In this document: positions 36,275 to 47,375 of the stretch, piece after piece
How the letters are laid out: each line of letters opens with the position of its first letter
How positions within the stretch are numbered: position 1 is the first letter of the stretch
NCBI GenBank assembly: GCA_002633005.1
Contig: NMRA01000045.1
Coordinates: forward strand, 561,627-625,626
Source: Phoronis australis
Taxonomy: Eukaryota > Animalia > Phoronida
DNA: 64,000 bases
Direction of reading: 5' to 3'
Made by a program: the position numbers and the translations under genes
Notes under the pieces: model-generated
The model's database searches: none
Seen by the model: the letters and a program-made list of their open reading frames with translations, nothing else
Told to the model about the DNA's origin: nothing

Positions 36275-36663
36275 CAGAGTGTCCCAAAAATTTACTAACC
36301 CTTCAAAGGTCAATAACTGTGTTGTTTATAAGAACTTGATTATTGCTTTAAATTCAAAAAGAAGGAATTAAGTCTGCAAACCAATATAAATTTGCTGTTT
36401 ATTTATTTGAGAGGAAGATTTTTTTGTCTTTTCACTTCCTTGACACTCAAGTTTGAGTTTCCAGTAGTATAGCATGATAAATTTTCATTTTCCGAAACTG
36501 AGTCAATTGTTTTTGCCATTCCTCTGCAAACAGAGCACGAGAGGGCTCCTACTTTCATAGCTATTCATGGTGTAGGCCTTGGCGCAGGGTCAAGTCCATT
36601 AGAACTAAATTTGAGCCCTCGACATAGTACTGAAGTGCGAGTACATTGTTTTGGGACACCCTA
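36275..36663. mobile_element. Tc1/mariner-type MITE, diverged copy B
   Basis: TA|CAGAGTGTCCCAAAA ... TTTTGGGACACCCTA|TA; internal blocks (aaactgagtc..ttgt.ttgccatt, cctactttca, aaatttga) shared with 10347-10724. Confidence 0.8.
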
Positions 36664-37219
36664 TATTGAGTGCTTGAACTTGCGACAGCCTAAGTGTCAG
36701 CTGTGATTGGGTTGGGTGTCATCCAAGAATGGAAATATTGGAATTAAATTTTAATCAAGAGTTCACTCGCCATCATCAGTGCAATTGTATGGAGTGTGTG
36801 CTTTCGCTACTTACCCATATGAGTATCATCGAACAATCAGTGGACAGGAGAAACCAGCATTGATACAGTTGTGAGGAAGCCGTAGCCGAAGACTGAGGTA
36901 AATTTTACTTATTGTGTTGTGTTCAAAGTACTCAGATTTGCTTGAAATGTTTGTTTTTCACAGTCTTGTCTGTAATTGTTTCATACTTGTGAAATTTGAT
37001 TGCATGCCGTGAATAATTCGCTTACGAGGAAAACGCATGTTTCTAAAGATATGTGGGAATTTTCACCACTGCTCCTTCAGCCTCGTTCTGAGTGGCTTGC
37101 ACCAGGATCAAAGAGATTGCGGCGGCAGAGTCGGACACAGTTGTGATGACCACATTGTCCAGTGCGAGAAAGACCCAATTAAGTGAACTTACCAGGCCAT
37201 AAACTGTAGTAAACATCTT

Positions 37220-37669
37220 CAAGGTACCTAAACTACATGGTTAACGGACTCATAAACATGGTCACGGACGCATGAACACGACTCACGTACCTGCAAACAC
37301 CGTTCACTGACTCACAAACACAGGAACGGATTCACAAAACATGATCCATTCTCCCAAATACACTGGACACCGACTCACATTCACGAAGAAACACGGTTAA
37401 CAGACCTCCAAACACGGTTCACTGACTCATCGGCTTCTGGGGTCAGCTGACATCTACATTTTGTCCGTAAACTGTGTTTGGCAGTCTGTTAATCGTGTTT
37501 CTTTGTGAATGTGAGTCGGTGTCGTGTGTATTTGGGTGAATGGATTGTGTTCTGTGAGTCCGTTCCCGTGTTTGTGAGTCAGTGAACGGTGTTTGCAGGT
37601 CCGTGTGTCGCGTTCATGCGTCCGTGGCCGTGTTTATGAGTCTGTTAACCGTGTAGTTTAGGTACCTTG
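37220..37669. mobile_element. 450-bp foldback element (~205-bp arms made of ~20-bp subrepeats) with 5-bp TSD
   Basis: ATCTT|CAAGGTACCTAAACTAC ... GTAGTTTAGGTACCTTG|ATCTT; arms are complementary over nearly their whole length around a ~35-nt spacer. Confidence 0.92.
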
Positions 37670-40600
37670 ATCTTTACCTGTGCATATTTTCAAAATGCAC
37701 AAACCAATAATTTTTGTTAAAAGTAAACATTTCGGCGGTATTCAGCTGAAAAAAACAAAGTAGTATCAAATGGTGTTCGATATTTAGATACCGAACTACC
37801 GGTAATGAGCTAAAAACTACAAGCATTGGTTACGGATTAAAGACAAACAACCGTGCGTATTGATATACTCAGAGGATTTACAAAAGGTGATCATTATTAA
37901 CAGTACCATATGGTTTATTCAACTCAACTACATTACGACAAATAGAAACAAGACACGGTGACCAAATTAGATGACAATAACTTTTAAGATGTTGCTTATC
38001 GCACAGCCGTGTTGGAACTTTCGAGGAGGAGCACGCTAACTGGAAAACTGTAATAGTCGGTAATACTCTGGCAATGAAACATTGGTTGTGAAGACTAACT
38101 TTGGCTTGCTTCATTGTCAGTTTAGAAAATCTAAACACTGGATTAGGTGGGTCAGTGGGCAAGAGCTGTCTAAGTTTCGCTCAGGGAGGATTAAAATCTG
38201 CCACTGTTTTGGCACCTCAAGCTTAAAATAAAGTCAAAAGACGGCAACCCAGAAGGAAACAAAATAAAGTAGACTGGAATGTAAAAAATGTAATGAAGCA
38301 AACAGTTACGAAACATTCAAATCTGTTGATTGTTTGAGAAATGGCCTTTTGTCAAGATGAGCCGTTTTTAGTTATTTTGTAATATCAAAAATGTCATCGA
38401 ACACATACCTTCGATATATCAGGCTGTAATTCTGTTCAAGTGTCAGAGAAAACCAACTTCAGTATAATAAAAACTACCACTGTTGAAAAAGTAGTGATAG
38501 CGCTTCATCAGCTTGAAACAAAGGGTGTGCTGCAGAGGCATTACAAAAGTTGTCTGAAGTCAAGGGGAATCTCAGGGTGACCAGCGCAAGTGAGAAATTC
38601 TCCACATGGTTCTCCACATGGAAATACTAACTACAGTACAGTCATGCAAACAGTAAGGTTGATTGCGAAACAGCGGTATCAATAACGTGACCAAATTTCA
38701 TTTGATAATAAATGTTCAAGATGAGTTCTCAAAAACGCTGTTACGTTTTTCTTAAACATCTTTCTATTTTTGTTTCATGCAACTTTACAGTAGATGTTTT
38801 CTTGAAGGCATAAAAATCGTATTTTTGAAAGCCCTCATGCAAAGGTGGATCATTTTAAAAAAATTCCTAATTTACAGTGTTATGGAGAACATTTCATAAA
38901 GCGTAGCATTTGAAAGTTTGATGTGAATTCGACCAGCCCTTTCGGAGATGCGATGTTCTGTGAAAAAAATTTAAAAGTTGTATAAAATGAGAACCAAGTG
39001 ATAAATTTTAGAAAACAGTAACAGTTTTCTGAGATTCTGTTTTCAAGATTTATATTGTATGAAATTTGCTTATGTTATCGATCCTGTTGTTTTTCCAGTA
39101 ATGTACCTTAGTTTAATTTTTTACTAAATTTTCCTAAAAAAGCATGGCCATTTGACCTAATTAAAGGCAGATTGGTATTAAGTTAGAACTCACATTCTAT
39201 GGAATTTCTGCATCCAAAAAATATAAACTTTTGCTCAGTTAGATTCTATAGTTTCGTAGATATTTCATGGCTAGTCTTGTCGATAAGGTCCTGCAAATCG
39301 AGTCACTTTATGAACCAGATCTCTGGGCTTAAAAGATGGGCTATCATATGTTTCTGTAATGCCCCTCTTATGTCACACAAAATAATTGCCAAAATTATAT
39401 TTTTCCGTTCTTCAATGTCTGGTTGCCTTCTTGCACACAATGGGAAATTTAGCAAATGTGAGTTTTTGACATCTGGTCACTGCGAACCACACTGTACTGT
39501 CTTCTGGACTTAAAAGTGCTCTTAATCCTTACTTTTGTTGAGAAATTTAACAAAATTGAAATTTCACTTGTCAGCATTATTGTGTGCTAAATAAATGATG
39601 AAGTACAATATAAATATTCGAGTTTGTGTCGCTTAAACGTTGCCTCTCGTGTCTTGAAACCTAAATGTAGAAACATAACGGTAGATTTGTGTGGGACCAT
39701 TTGATAGAAAATTAATGGATTTTGTTGGATTACTCCAGACATGCTTGCCAAAGCAAATAAAGGTTTAGATCAGAATGAGCCTCACATTCTATCAGTGGTG
39801 AAATGTTTCCAGTACTTGATAATTAATTTTTATGAATTCTCGAAAAAAGGACTACGAGGTGTTTGGTTTTCACTTGTTTTTTATTTTTGAATACAAGCTA
39901 ATCGAACTCCGATTTCTGCATTGTATTTTTTGAGGAATTCATTGATAATTAGAAATGGTGCACTGTGTTTTACATTTATATGACCATAAGCATTTATTTG
40001 ATGCCTGTATATTGTCATATCTCAGCTGACTATGATATCACTTCTTACTTTGCCAATAGGAGGCAGTTCAGATTGTGCTCACACTTTTACTCAATAGATG
40101 GCAGTGCACTACTGTTTATGAGACTGTATTCTCTTCCCACCAGATGTCATCAAGGGGCACTATGATATAAAAGCTTGTTATCTGTCAATTTCATAAGGAC
40201 TGCTGCAGGCGTGTTTATTGATGACATGTTGTCCAACTGATAGTGATTGACTTGAATTATAACTGCAACTGCAAGAGTAATCAGTAGTAAAACCTTGATT
40301 CTAAGAATCATCAGCTTTGTATGTGTATTCCTTTTGTGACACTTTGGATTTCAGGTAAGATTTTAGAAGTTTGAAAAAATTGATGCAAGATAATTATGAA
40401 CTTTTTTATTGGTTTTGGTAAACATACAATTGCAATGTTGGAAGCATTGGTTCCTCTTCAATTTTATAAAAAAACGTGATATTCAAAACTGCCATTTTTC
40501 ATTATTCACAGTCTAATTTCAGCATTAAAATGTAAAAATTTTAAGTGTTTGAATTTTATTGTATGGAACCTGTTCTGCATAAGCCACAATAAAATTAACT

Positions 40601-41399
40601 GACAAGCTTTCATCAAACGTGTTTGTTGGTAAATTTTACAAGATAAATTCTTATTCTCCTCCAAATTCTTCACCAAGCTGAGAGTGTTTTTCTGTCCACA
40701 CTTGTTGATATGCTATCAAAACCACTATGAAAGCACTGTAGGGCTGGAAAGTTTGTGAAAGTAGGTTTATTACTGAGAGTTACTAAATAGAAGTTGGCTG
40801 GCCACTAGTCATTCTTAGTTGAAGTGATGAATACATACCATTGCTACATTAGTTGTTGTACTGCGTTTAATCGATTATTTGATTTTAAAGACTGAAATTA
40901 CATTTTAAAAAAGATTTCCAGGCTTCTCTCTGTTACATGCCATTATGCTTTCTGCACAAAGCTTTTAGATGTGAGGTTTGTCAAATGCTGCTAAATTACA
41001 AACTGTAATGCAAATCTCGGAGCTGTAAAAACAACTTGGTACCATTTTGTAGTGACTTTCGCTCGATTAGTTATGATGCCATTCTACTGCTGTGCAATAG
41101 AAAAAAATTTTGCTTAATATTTTGTCACATAAAAAAATTGAGAAACTAAAAAAATTTGAAATAAAGGAAATATGATTAGTTGACTTAACTGTTCCCAACT
41201 TTTTTTAATTCAGAAAAACAGAATTGAACTCCGTTACCGTACATACCTGTTTAATAAAAATGGAAAATTTCACTTTCACAAATTAAAAACGTAATGCTCA
41301 AAAACATGGTAGAATAATTCAAGAAGTTAAGCAAAGTTGGCTTGTACAAAAAATCCTGGTATTGATGAGGGCACGTCGTCAATCGTATAGCCATGACTA

Positions 41400-41900
41400 A
41401 GTTTCGTAGACACAGAAAAAGTTGCAAAAATGTAAGGTCTCACAAGTCTAATTGTAAGCTCAAAAAAGGTTAGGATCATTACCTTTGCTATAACCATAGG
41501 CTGTTGCATATGTCTTTGATCATTCTGCAAACAAAAATATTCATACAGCATTTCACGAATGATTGGTCATTCCTAATTCTCAGGTATATAGGTGCGCAAT
41601 ATAAAAAAGAAATATTCACACTCCTGTATATAGTGTGCTGGCATGTTCATGTTCATTTAGTTTTCAGCTCGGATCAAAGCCAATAACTTTTAGGACCTTA
41701 GGTTTTAAAAGTGAACCATTATTACCGGACTCCAAGCTGGGTGTCGTGGGAAAAATCCCGAGTGCTTTAGCTGGTTGAAGGAGCTGATGGGACAATTGAA
41801 CTAACCCACGACTGTACCAACATAATGACCCAATCAAGTCTGCATGAAACCCAGGCCCCCTAAAACTTTGAATTCTAAACAAATTCCATTAGCTTTGGTA
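41400..41900 (-). pseudogene. Possible ancient LINE reverse-transcriptase relic
   Basis: Frameshifted KVLGGLG ... GIFP ... PAW ... LLKP ... PKSY in the order of RT N-terminal motifs (KAxGPDG..G.FP..WK..P..K..NYRPI); weak. Confidence 0.3.
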
Positions 41901-42713
41901 AATCAAAAGTCCTTGAAGGAGCTAACATCTTTTATGTCTCCTTTTAATGAAGATGTCCACTCATTATCACCTGTCTATCAACTGAAAATGACTTCCCCCC
42001 TGTTACAAAGGACAATGTTTTATCCTGATGTTAATGTGGTAATTAGGTACTAGCCAAGTGTCAACACAGCTGTCAAACCCTAAGTTATTGAGTGAAAAGG
42101 GCATAGTTGGCTAATTTATTTTAATGTTGCCCCTGGAAAGTGAATTCACATTGTTGGATGCACTCTGAAATAATTGTCTGGGGTCATTGGCTATTGAGTG
42201 TAAATATTTAGCTTCACAACTGTTGGATAATTTTCCACCAGAATCTGTTTATATTGACAGTAGCTGTTACAAACAACAAACTAGGGCAAGCCAGAGCAGG
42301 AATGCTGCAAGCCAGATGCTGTATGGAAGATGGCCCTCCAATTTTTACTAAGATGGACGCCCTGTCCATTCTGATGGTACCAAGCAAGTACTGCATTGAA
42401 AATTTATCCCACATCCACTGTCCTGATCCACCCAGTCCACATTTAAGTCGCCGGTTTCCATTGTCTTGCGAAAAAGAAAATTCATTTTGTGGCCTGAAGC
42501 CTCAGTGGCCAAGTTAACAGTGTCCTGTATGTTTCTGTATATCTTTGAGCTTGTGTACAAATAGTTTTACATTCCTGCCAGAGTGTATTCATATTGCTGC
42601 TTCAAAATTATTGAACAGGACATATGTTAAACTTTCCTTCGATTGGCCTGCATAGGCTTTACAATTTTTTTACATTTCTAAACACTTATTTTATCCAGAG
42701 CACAGTAGCAATG

Positions 42714-42863
42714 TTGCGGTGTGTAGAGGCTTGCAGTGTGTAGAGGCTTGCAGTGTGTAAATGCTTGCAGTGTGCAGGGCTTGCAGTGTGCAGAGGCTTG
42801 CAGTGTGTAGAGGCTTGCAGTGTGTAGAGGCTTGCAGTGTGTAGAGGCTTGCAGTGTGCAGAG
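42714..42863. repeat. 17-bp minisatellite AGGCTTGCAGTGTG(T/C)AG, about 9 copies
   Basis: Read directly. Confidence 0.97.
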
Positions 42864-43701
42864 CATAGACATCTTAATACTATAGACCGGGCGCACCTGC
42901 TACTGCAGCCTGACAACTTGACATCATATTGGAGAGTGCTACTAGTCAGGTAACACGGCTAATTGCCGTGTAAACAAACGGGGTAAATTGCCCTTTTCAA
43001 AGCATGATATCTAACAAATAAAGAGGCTGAAGAGTGTTATTTTTTCCAGAAACGTACAAAAACGCACTTACATGCGTTTTTTTTAGAGTTAATCAGTCGA
43101 TAGGAAAAATGTCAAACTATTAGAAGATTGCAACCAGTGAAGATTCTCGAGTGGTCTGAGCGGCTGCACGCCTGTCAATCCACTGTGAGCGTTTTATTTT
43201 TTCCGTTTTTTTCAAGAGAAACCACTAAGATCTGCCTAAATTTATCATTTAATTCGTGTCGCTCAATGCAAATACATTATATCCAGGAGATGTGCCGCTC
43301 ACTGTGAAAAAGGACCTCATTGAGGTCATATAAATAAATGACAGGCTTTTAAAGTTCATTTGGGCATGCTCCCATTCAGTACAGTGATTGGGAGGGTGTG
43401 ATAACATATAGCTCCTTTGTTAACTGCTGAGCATAGTCTTTTGTCTGGTAGAACGACATGCAGATAAATTATCTATCCAACTTATAACCGATCACATGTG
43501 AACACAGTCAAACCCAGTACGTTGGTACGTTCGGATAGAATAGATTGTCTTTAACTTTGATTGTAGTTGGCCGATTTTGGTGATTCAAAAACTTTAAGCT
43601 TGATCAGTATGTGATGGGCAATTCAGAAATGTCATTGATTTATGTTCAAACATTTTATTACTTAACTTATTTTTAACAGCACAGCCCAGTGAGGATGTAA
43701 G

Positions 43702-44106
43702 ATGCGATCTTATCTCATCTTATCGGAGATTAGAGTAATTATCGAACAAAAGAGAGCTGACCCTCCAACCCTAATTGCCAGAATGGACTTAATAAGTCGT
43801 CAGTGTAAGATATTGGCTACAGCGGTCATCCGCCCGACTTGTTGCGATATACAACTTAAAAAGTTAGACTCAACAGGAGAATGCCGTAATGTAAAAAGCA
43901 AAGAACACATCGCTCGGAATTGCCAACGTACAAATTTTCTTCTCTCACGCACGGTATTCTCTCACAGATCTGAATACCCCGATCAAGCACCAGGCACTTG
44001 TTGGCGTTTTGTAGTATCCCCACACCTTGTAATTGTGTGCTCACAAAGAGATCAGCCCCGCTCCCCCACATTATTTCGAACCGTTCCTATCCATCCCTGC
44101 CCTTAA
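43702..44106 (+). pseudogene. Gag-like relic with two degenerate CCHC zinc knuckles
   Basis: CRN(V)KSKEHIARNC (43882-43923) and CWR(F)VVSPHLVIVC (43999-44040) fit CX2CX4HX4C spacing with the second Cys altered. Confidence 0.5.
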
Positions 44107-44751
44107 TCTGATATACGTACTGCGCGACCCTCGGCCGAGAAATTTAAAATTAATTCCTCCACGCGCCCTGTCTGCTTATCCCAACCCCTTGTTGCGGGGG
44201 AACCGTTGAATAAGCATGGGACAGGTTTTCATGGACATGGGGTCATCAGTTTTTTCATGGGCTGAAAATTCTTCACATTAAATGTAGAACCTGTGAAAAA
44301 ACTAACCGGGTCATTTTTCACGGGGTCATAATTAATGCTACACAGACTCAGTTGGGTATATTTTCATTCGCTTTAGAGTGGAAAATTCTGTATTTTGGAT
44401 AAAGGTTGGATGCGCAATTCAGTCGCAGAGGTTTGATATTTTGGTTACTGTGCACTTTACTTTTTTGCGCAAGTTTCGTCACAAAACCATAGAGAGCTCA
44501 TAAGCAAGCAGTGCAAATCTAAAAAAAATCCAGTATCAACTTCGACATAAGTACAGATTTTGCTGGGATTTGTTTGTTTTGATACAACAGAAAACATCTG
44601 ATTTTGGAATACATGTTAAGAAATGAGTTTTTAAAGCAGTGTATATTTCAATAGAGAATACACTGTTCACTTAGATGTACTGATTTTGAGGCCCTGGCTG
44701 GCGAGTAAGTTCGAGGATGTTATTTTTCATTACAAGTAAAAATACTCATAA

Positions 44752-44990
44752 TTGCAGTGTGCAAAGGCTTGCAGTGTGTAGAGGCTCGCTTGTAGTGTGT
44801 AACGGCTTGCAGTGTGTAGAGGGTTACAGTGTGCAGAGGCTTGCAGTGTGTAGTGGCTTGCAGTGTGCAGAGGCTTGCAGTGTGCAGATGCTTGCAGTGT
44901 ACAGAGGCTTGCAGTGTGTAACGGCTTGCAGTGTGCAGTGGCTTGCAGTGTGCAGAGGCTTGCAGTGTGCAGAAGCTTGCAATGTGTAGA
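44752..44990. repeat. Second array of the same 17-bp minisatellite, about 14 copies
   Basis: Same unit and orientation as 42714-42863. Confidence 0.97.
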
Positions 44991-45285
44991 CGTAACATCA
45001 GAAACAACATTTGGTAAAGTTTTCATTATTTGTATCAAGGTTAAATCAGCCTTTAAAATGTAAAGATGACAAATTATGCAAATTTTCATGCAAAATCTGT
45101 GGAAAATTACTGTAATGAAGGGAGTTTAGCACTAGAAGCAAATAATGATAATTCCTGTCACCACTTTCACCCAAACAGACATGAAATTATGCTGTAATTT
45201 CTAACAACAGGACTATAACTACAAGTTGCCCTCTCATGCTTTGTCTATTCTAATGGTGTTATGTTTATGGTGACCTTTGACATCA

Positions 45286-47375
45286 CAGGCCTGTAGCCAG
45301 CATTGCGCGGGGGGGGGGGTGGTTCGAATTTCTAGAAAGGTTGACCTTTTGCAAACGTCAACACTCGAGTTTTTGGTAAGGCGCTTGATGCAGTTTAAGT
45401 ATGGGGAAGGGAAATCTGTATCCACGGCAACGATGGCTCTCAGCTCTATGTTTCTGAGAATAAGACGTAATTTGTAATACCCGAAATGAAGATGTCGCAA
45501 TGGTTTCTCGCAAACAACAGGAATTAAGTTGGACGTATTGTGATCCATAAATATAGCCTAACGTTCTCGCATTACTTCCTGCTAAACTTTTAAATCGGGC
45601 TTTTTTAAATGAGTGATTACACCTCATTACATACTCGGACAGAAATATTTAGTCGGAGAATGACTGACGTAATTTTTCATCTGATTGTACTTTGTGTTAA
45701 TAGTTCCTTACATCGCTGGAAATGGGAACAGCCCACTATTCTGAAGGTTCACTATTCTGAAGGTTCACTACTATGAATGTTCACCACACCGAAGGTTCAC
45801 TACTCTAAAAATGTCTGAAATTTCTGATTCAGGTGTAATTGTATTTTTACATGAAAAATACGCCACACTTCGGTTATTGCAACTATACCGACGACAATAC
45901 ACCCGGCTAATGAATCACTTTGTTTGGATTTCATGTGCATGTCCGCATGTCTGAGTGAGTACGTACTTGCATTTCTAAAAGAATATGATGTAGGATTGTT
46001 GATGAATTATCAACCACGATACGTTCATCAATCCCATGATAAGATCGCATCATCTCACAGCGAGACAGATAAGTTTAGGGCCGCTGCTTTTCAACCTCAC
46101 CCACCGGAACTTAGCTCAAACCGCCGGGTCGAAACTAAATGTAGTTAGTAACCTACCGTGTCCATGCCAGTCTTCACAAAGTCTCAGTCAGTCTTCTTAA
46201 ATTTAAAACTGCTGTTGGTCGCCGTCTCCAGGACCCGTGTCCCAGATGTTGTCCCTAATAGAGAACGAGTTTTAGTAGATTCAAGAATCGTGATTGCCAG
46301 TGATTGGAACTGAGCTCTTTTGTAAAGAATGTAAATCAATCTAATTTCGGGACTATTCAACTCTTGCACACTCTTTAAATGGTTACTAAAGGGACGCAAA
46401 TACAATACCTTATTTGTTTTCAGTTCTAAATCATTAGCAGAAAATCAGCAATGAACTGTCGGAGTTCTGGTTTTGGAATTGTGGACATTCGAAGTGGTGA
46501 TCTTTCAAAGGTAGCGAACCTTCGGAGTAGCAAACCTTCGGTCATGATATTTAATCTTGGAAATCTTTTACCATAAAAATTACTACTCGTATGAAATCTG
46601 TGGGGCTGTGCACCATTGACATCGGATTGACAAGAGAAGACTTTCTTCATTGACCAAAGTTTTAGTTAGATCTATACTTACCTAATAATGTGAACATGCG
46701 GGGATTTCTCAGTGCAAGAAAACGCGTTAAGCTAGATGTCTGATTTTTGAGAAACGACAGAGTAATCAGTGAACTTACTGTCGGCGAGTACTGAATTTAA
46801 AAGAACGGAAAAGTACACACTTGTACACGTATGCATGTCAATCCACCAATCAGTGGACACTTGATGATCAAGATATTTGGCGACCACTTTCAATTCGAAA
46901 TATGAAAATGCCTTCACTTTATCCATACTATGCTAGACAATACACCAAAGTAGCAAATAACAAACCCATTTTCTGCTGTTTTGTTTCTTGGTCGATGTTA
47001 AGGCATTCACACCGCACTACTTTTGGGGATCTATCTCGATGATATATAGTTTGGGATAGGCATAGACATTTACTTCTAGACTTCCTAGTTACCCTATGGT
47101 GTAGAGACCACGCGCTTTCTGCCGATGAATAACATAAAGCCTCCTGTCCGTCATCTACGCATTCACCACTCAGGCTGGATACGACCCAATGGTTATGTGA
47201 AGTGTTTTACATCAGAAGCAAATTCAAAATTAATAGTAACTTAGTTATGATTGTGGTTAGTAGAACTAGTAGCTACAACTAATCTTATCTTATCCTATTG
47301 GATAGGCTAGGGCTGGACCTTTTCCTTGGAGGGGGGGGTTCGAACCCCCTGAACCGGCCCCTGGCTACGGGCCTG
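45286..47375. mobile_element. hAT-type non-autonomous element, 2090 bp including a nested insert
   Basis: CAGGCCTGTAGCCAG / CTGGCTACGGGCCTG (14/15 TIR), G-run plus ggttcgaa subterminal motif at both ends, decayed 8-bp TSD TGACATCA/TCTAATCA. Confidence 0.75.
45734..46541 (-). mobile_element. MULE/Foldback-like element with 16-bp modular TIRs and a transposase C-terminal relic
   Basis: Five CACTATTCTGAAGGTT-type units on the left and inverted aaccttcggagtag units on the right. Minus strand reads KTNKVL..FSNHLK..P.IRLIYILYK..Q and RLCEDWHGHGRLL, resembling MULE C-termini. Exact ends unresolved. Confidence 0.55.

Noticed and set aside
42678-45089. Cys/His-rich ORFs (HCKPLHTAS, QRLAVC) resembling metal-binding proteins
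   Set aside because: Translations of the 17-bp minisatellite, open in several frames on both strands.
47330-47350. GGTTCGAACC as a tRNA B box
   Set aside because: Lies in the hAT subterminal region (a GGTTCGAA motif also occurs at the other end, ~45321); no cloverleaf or A box.
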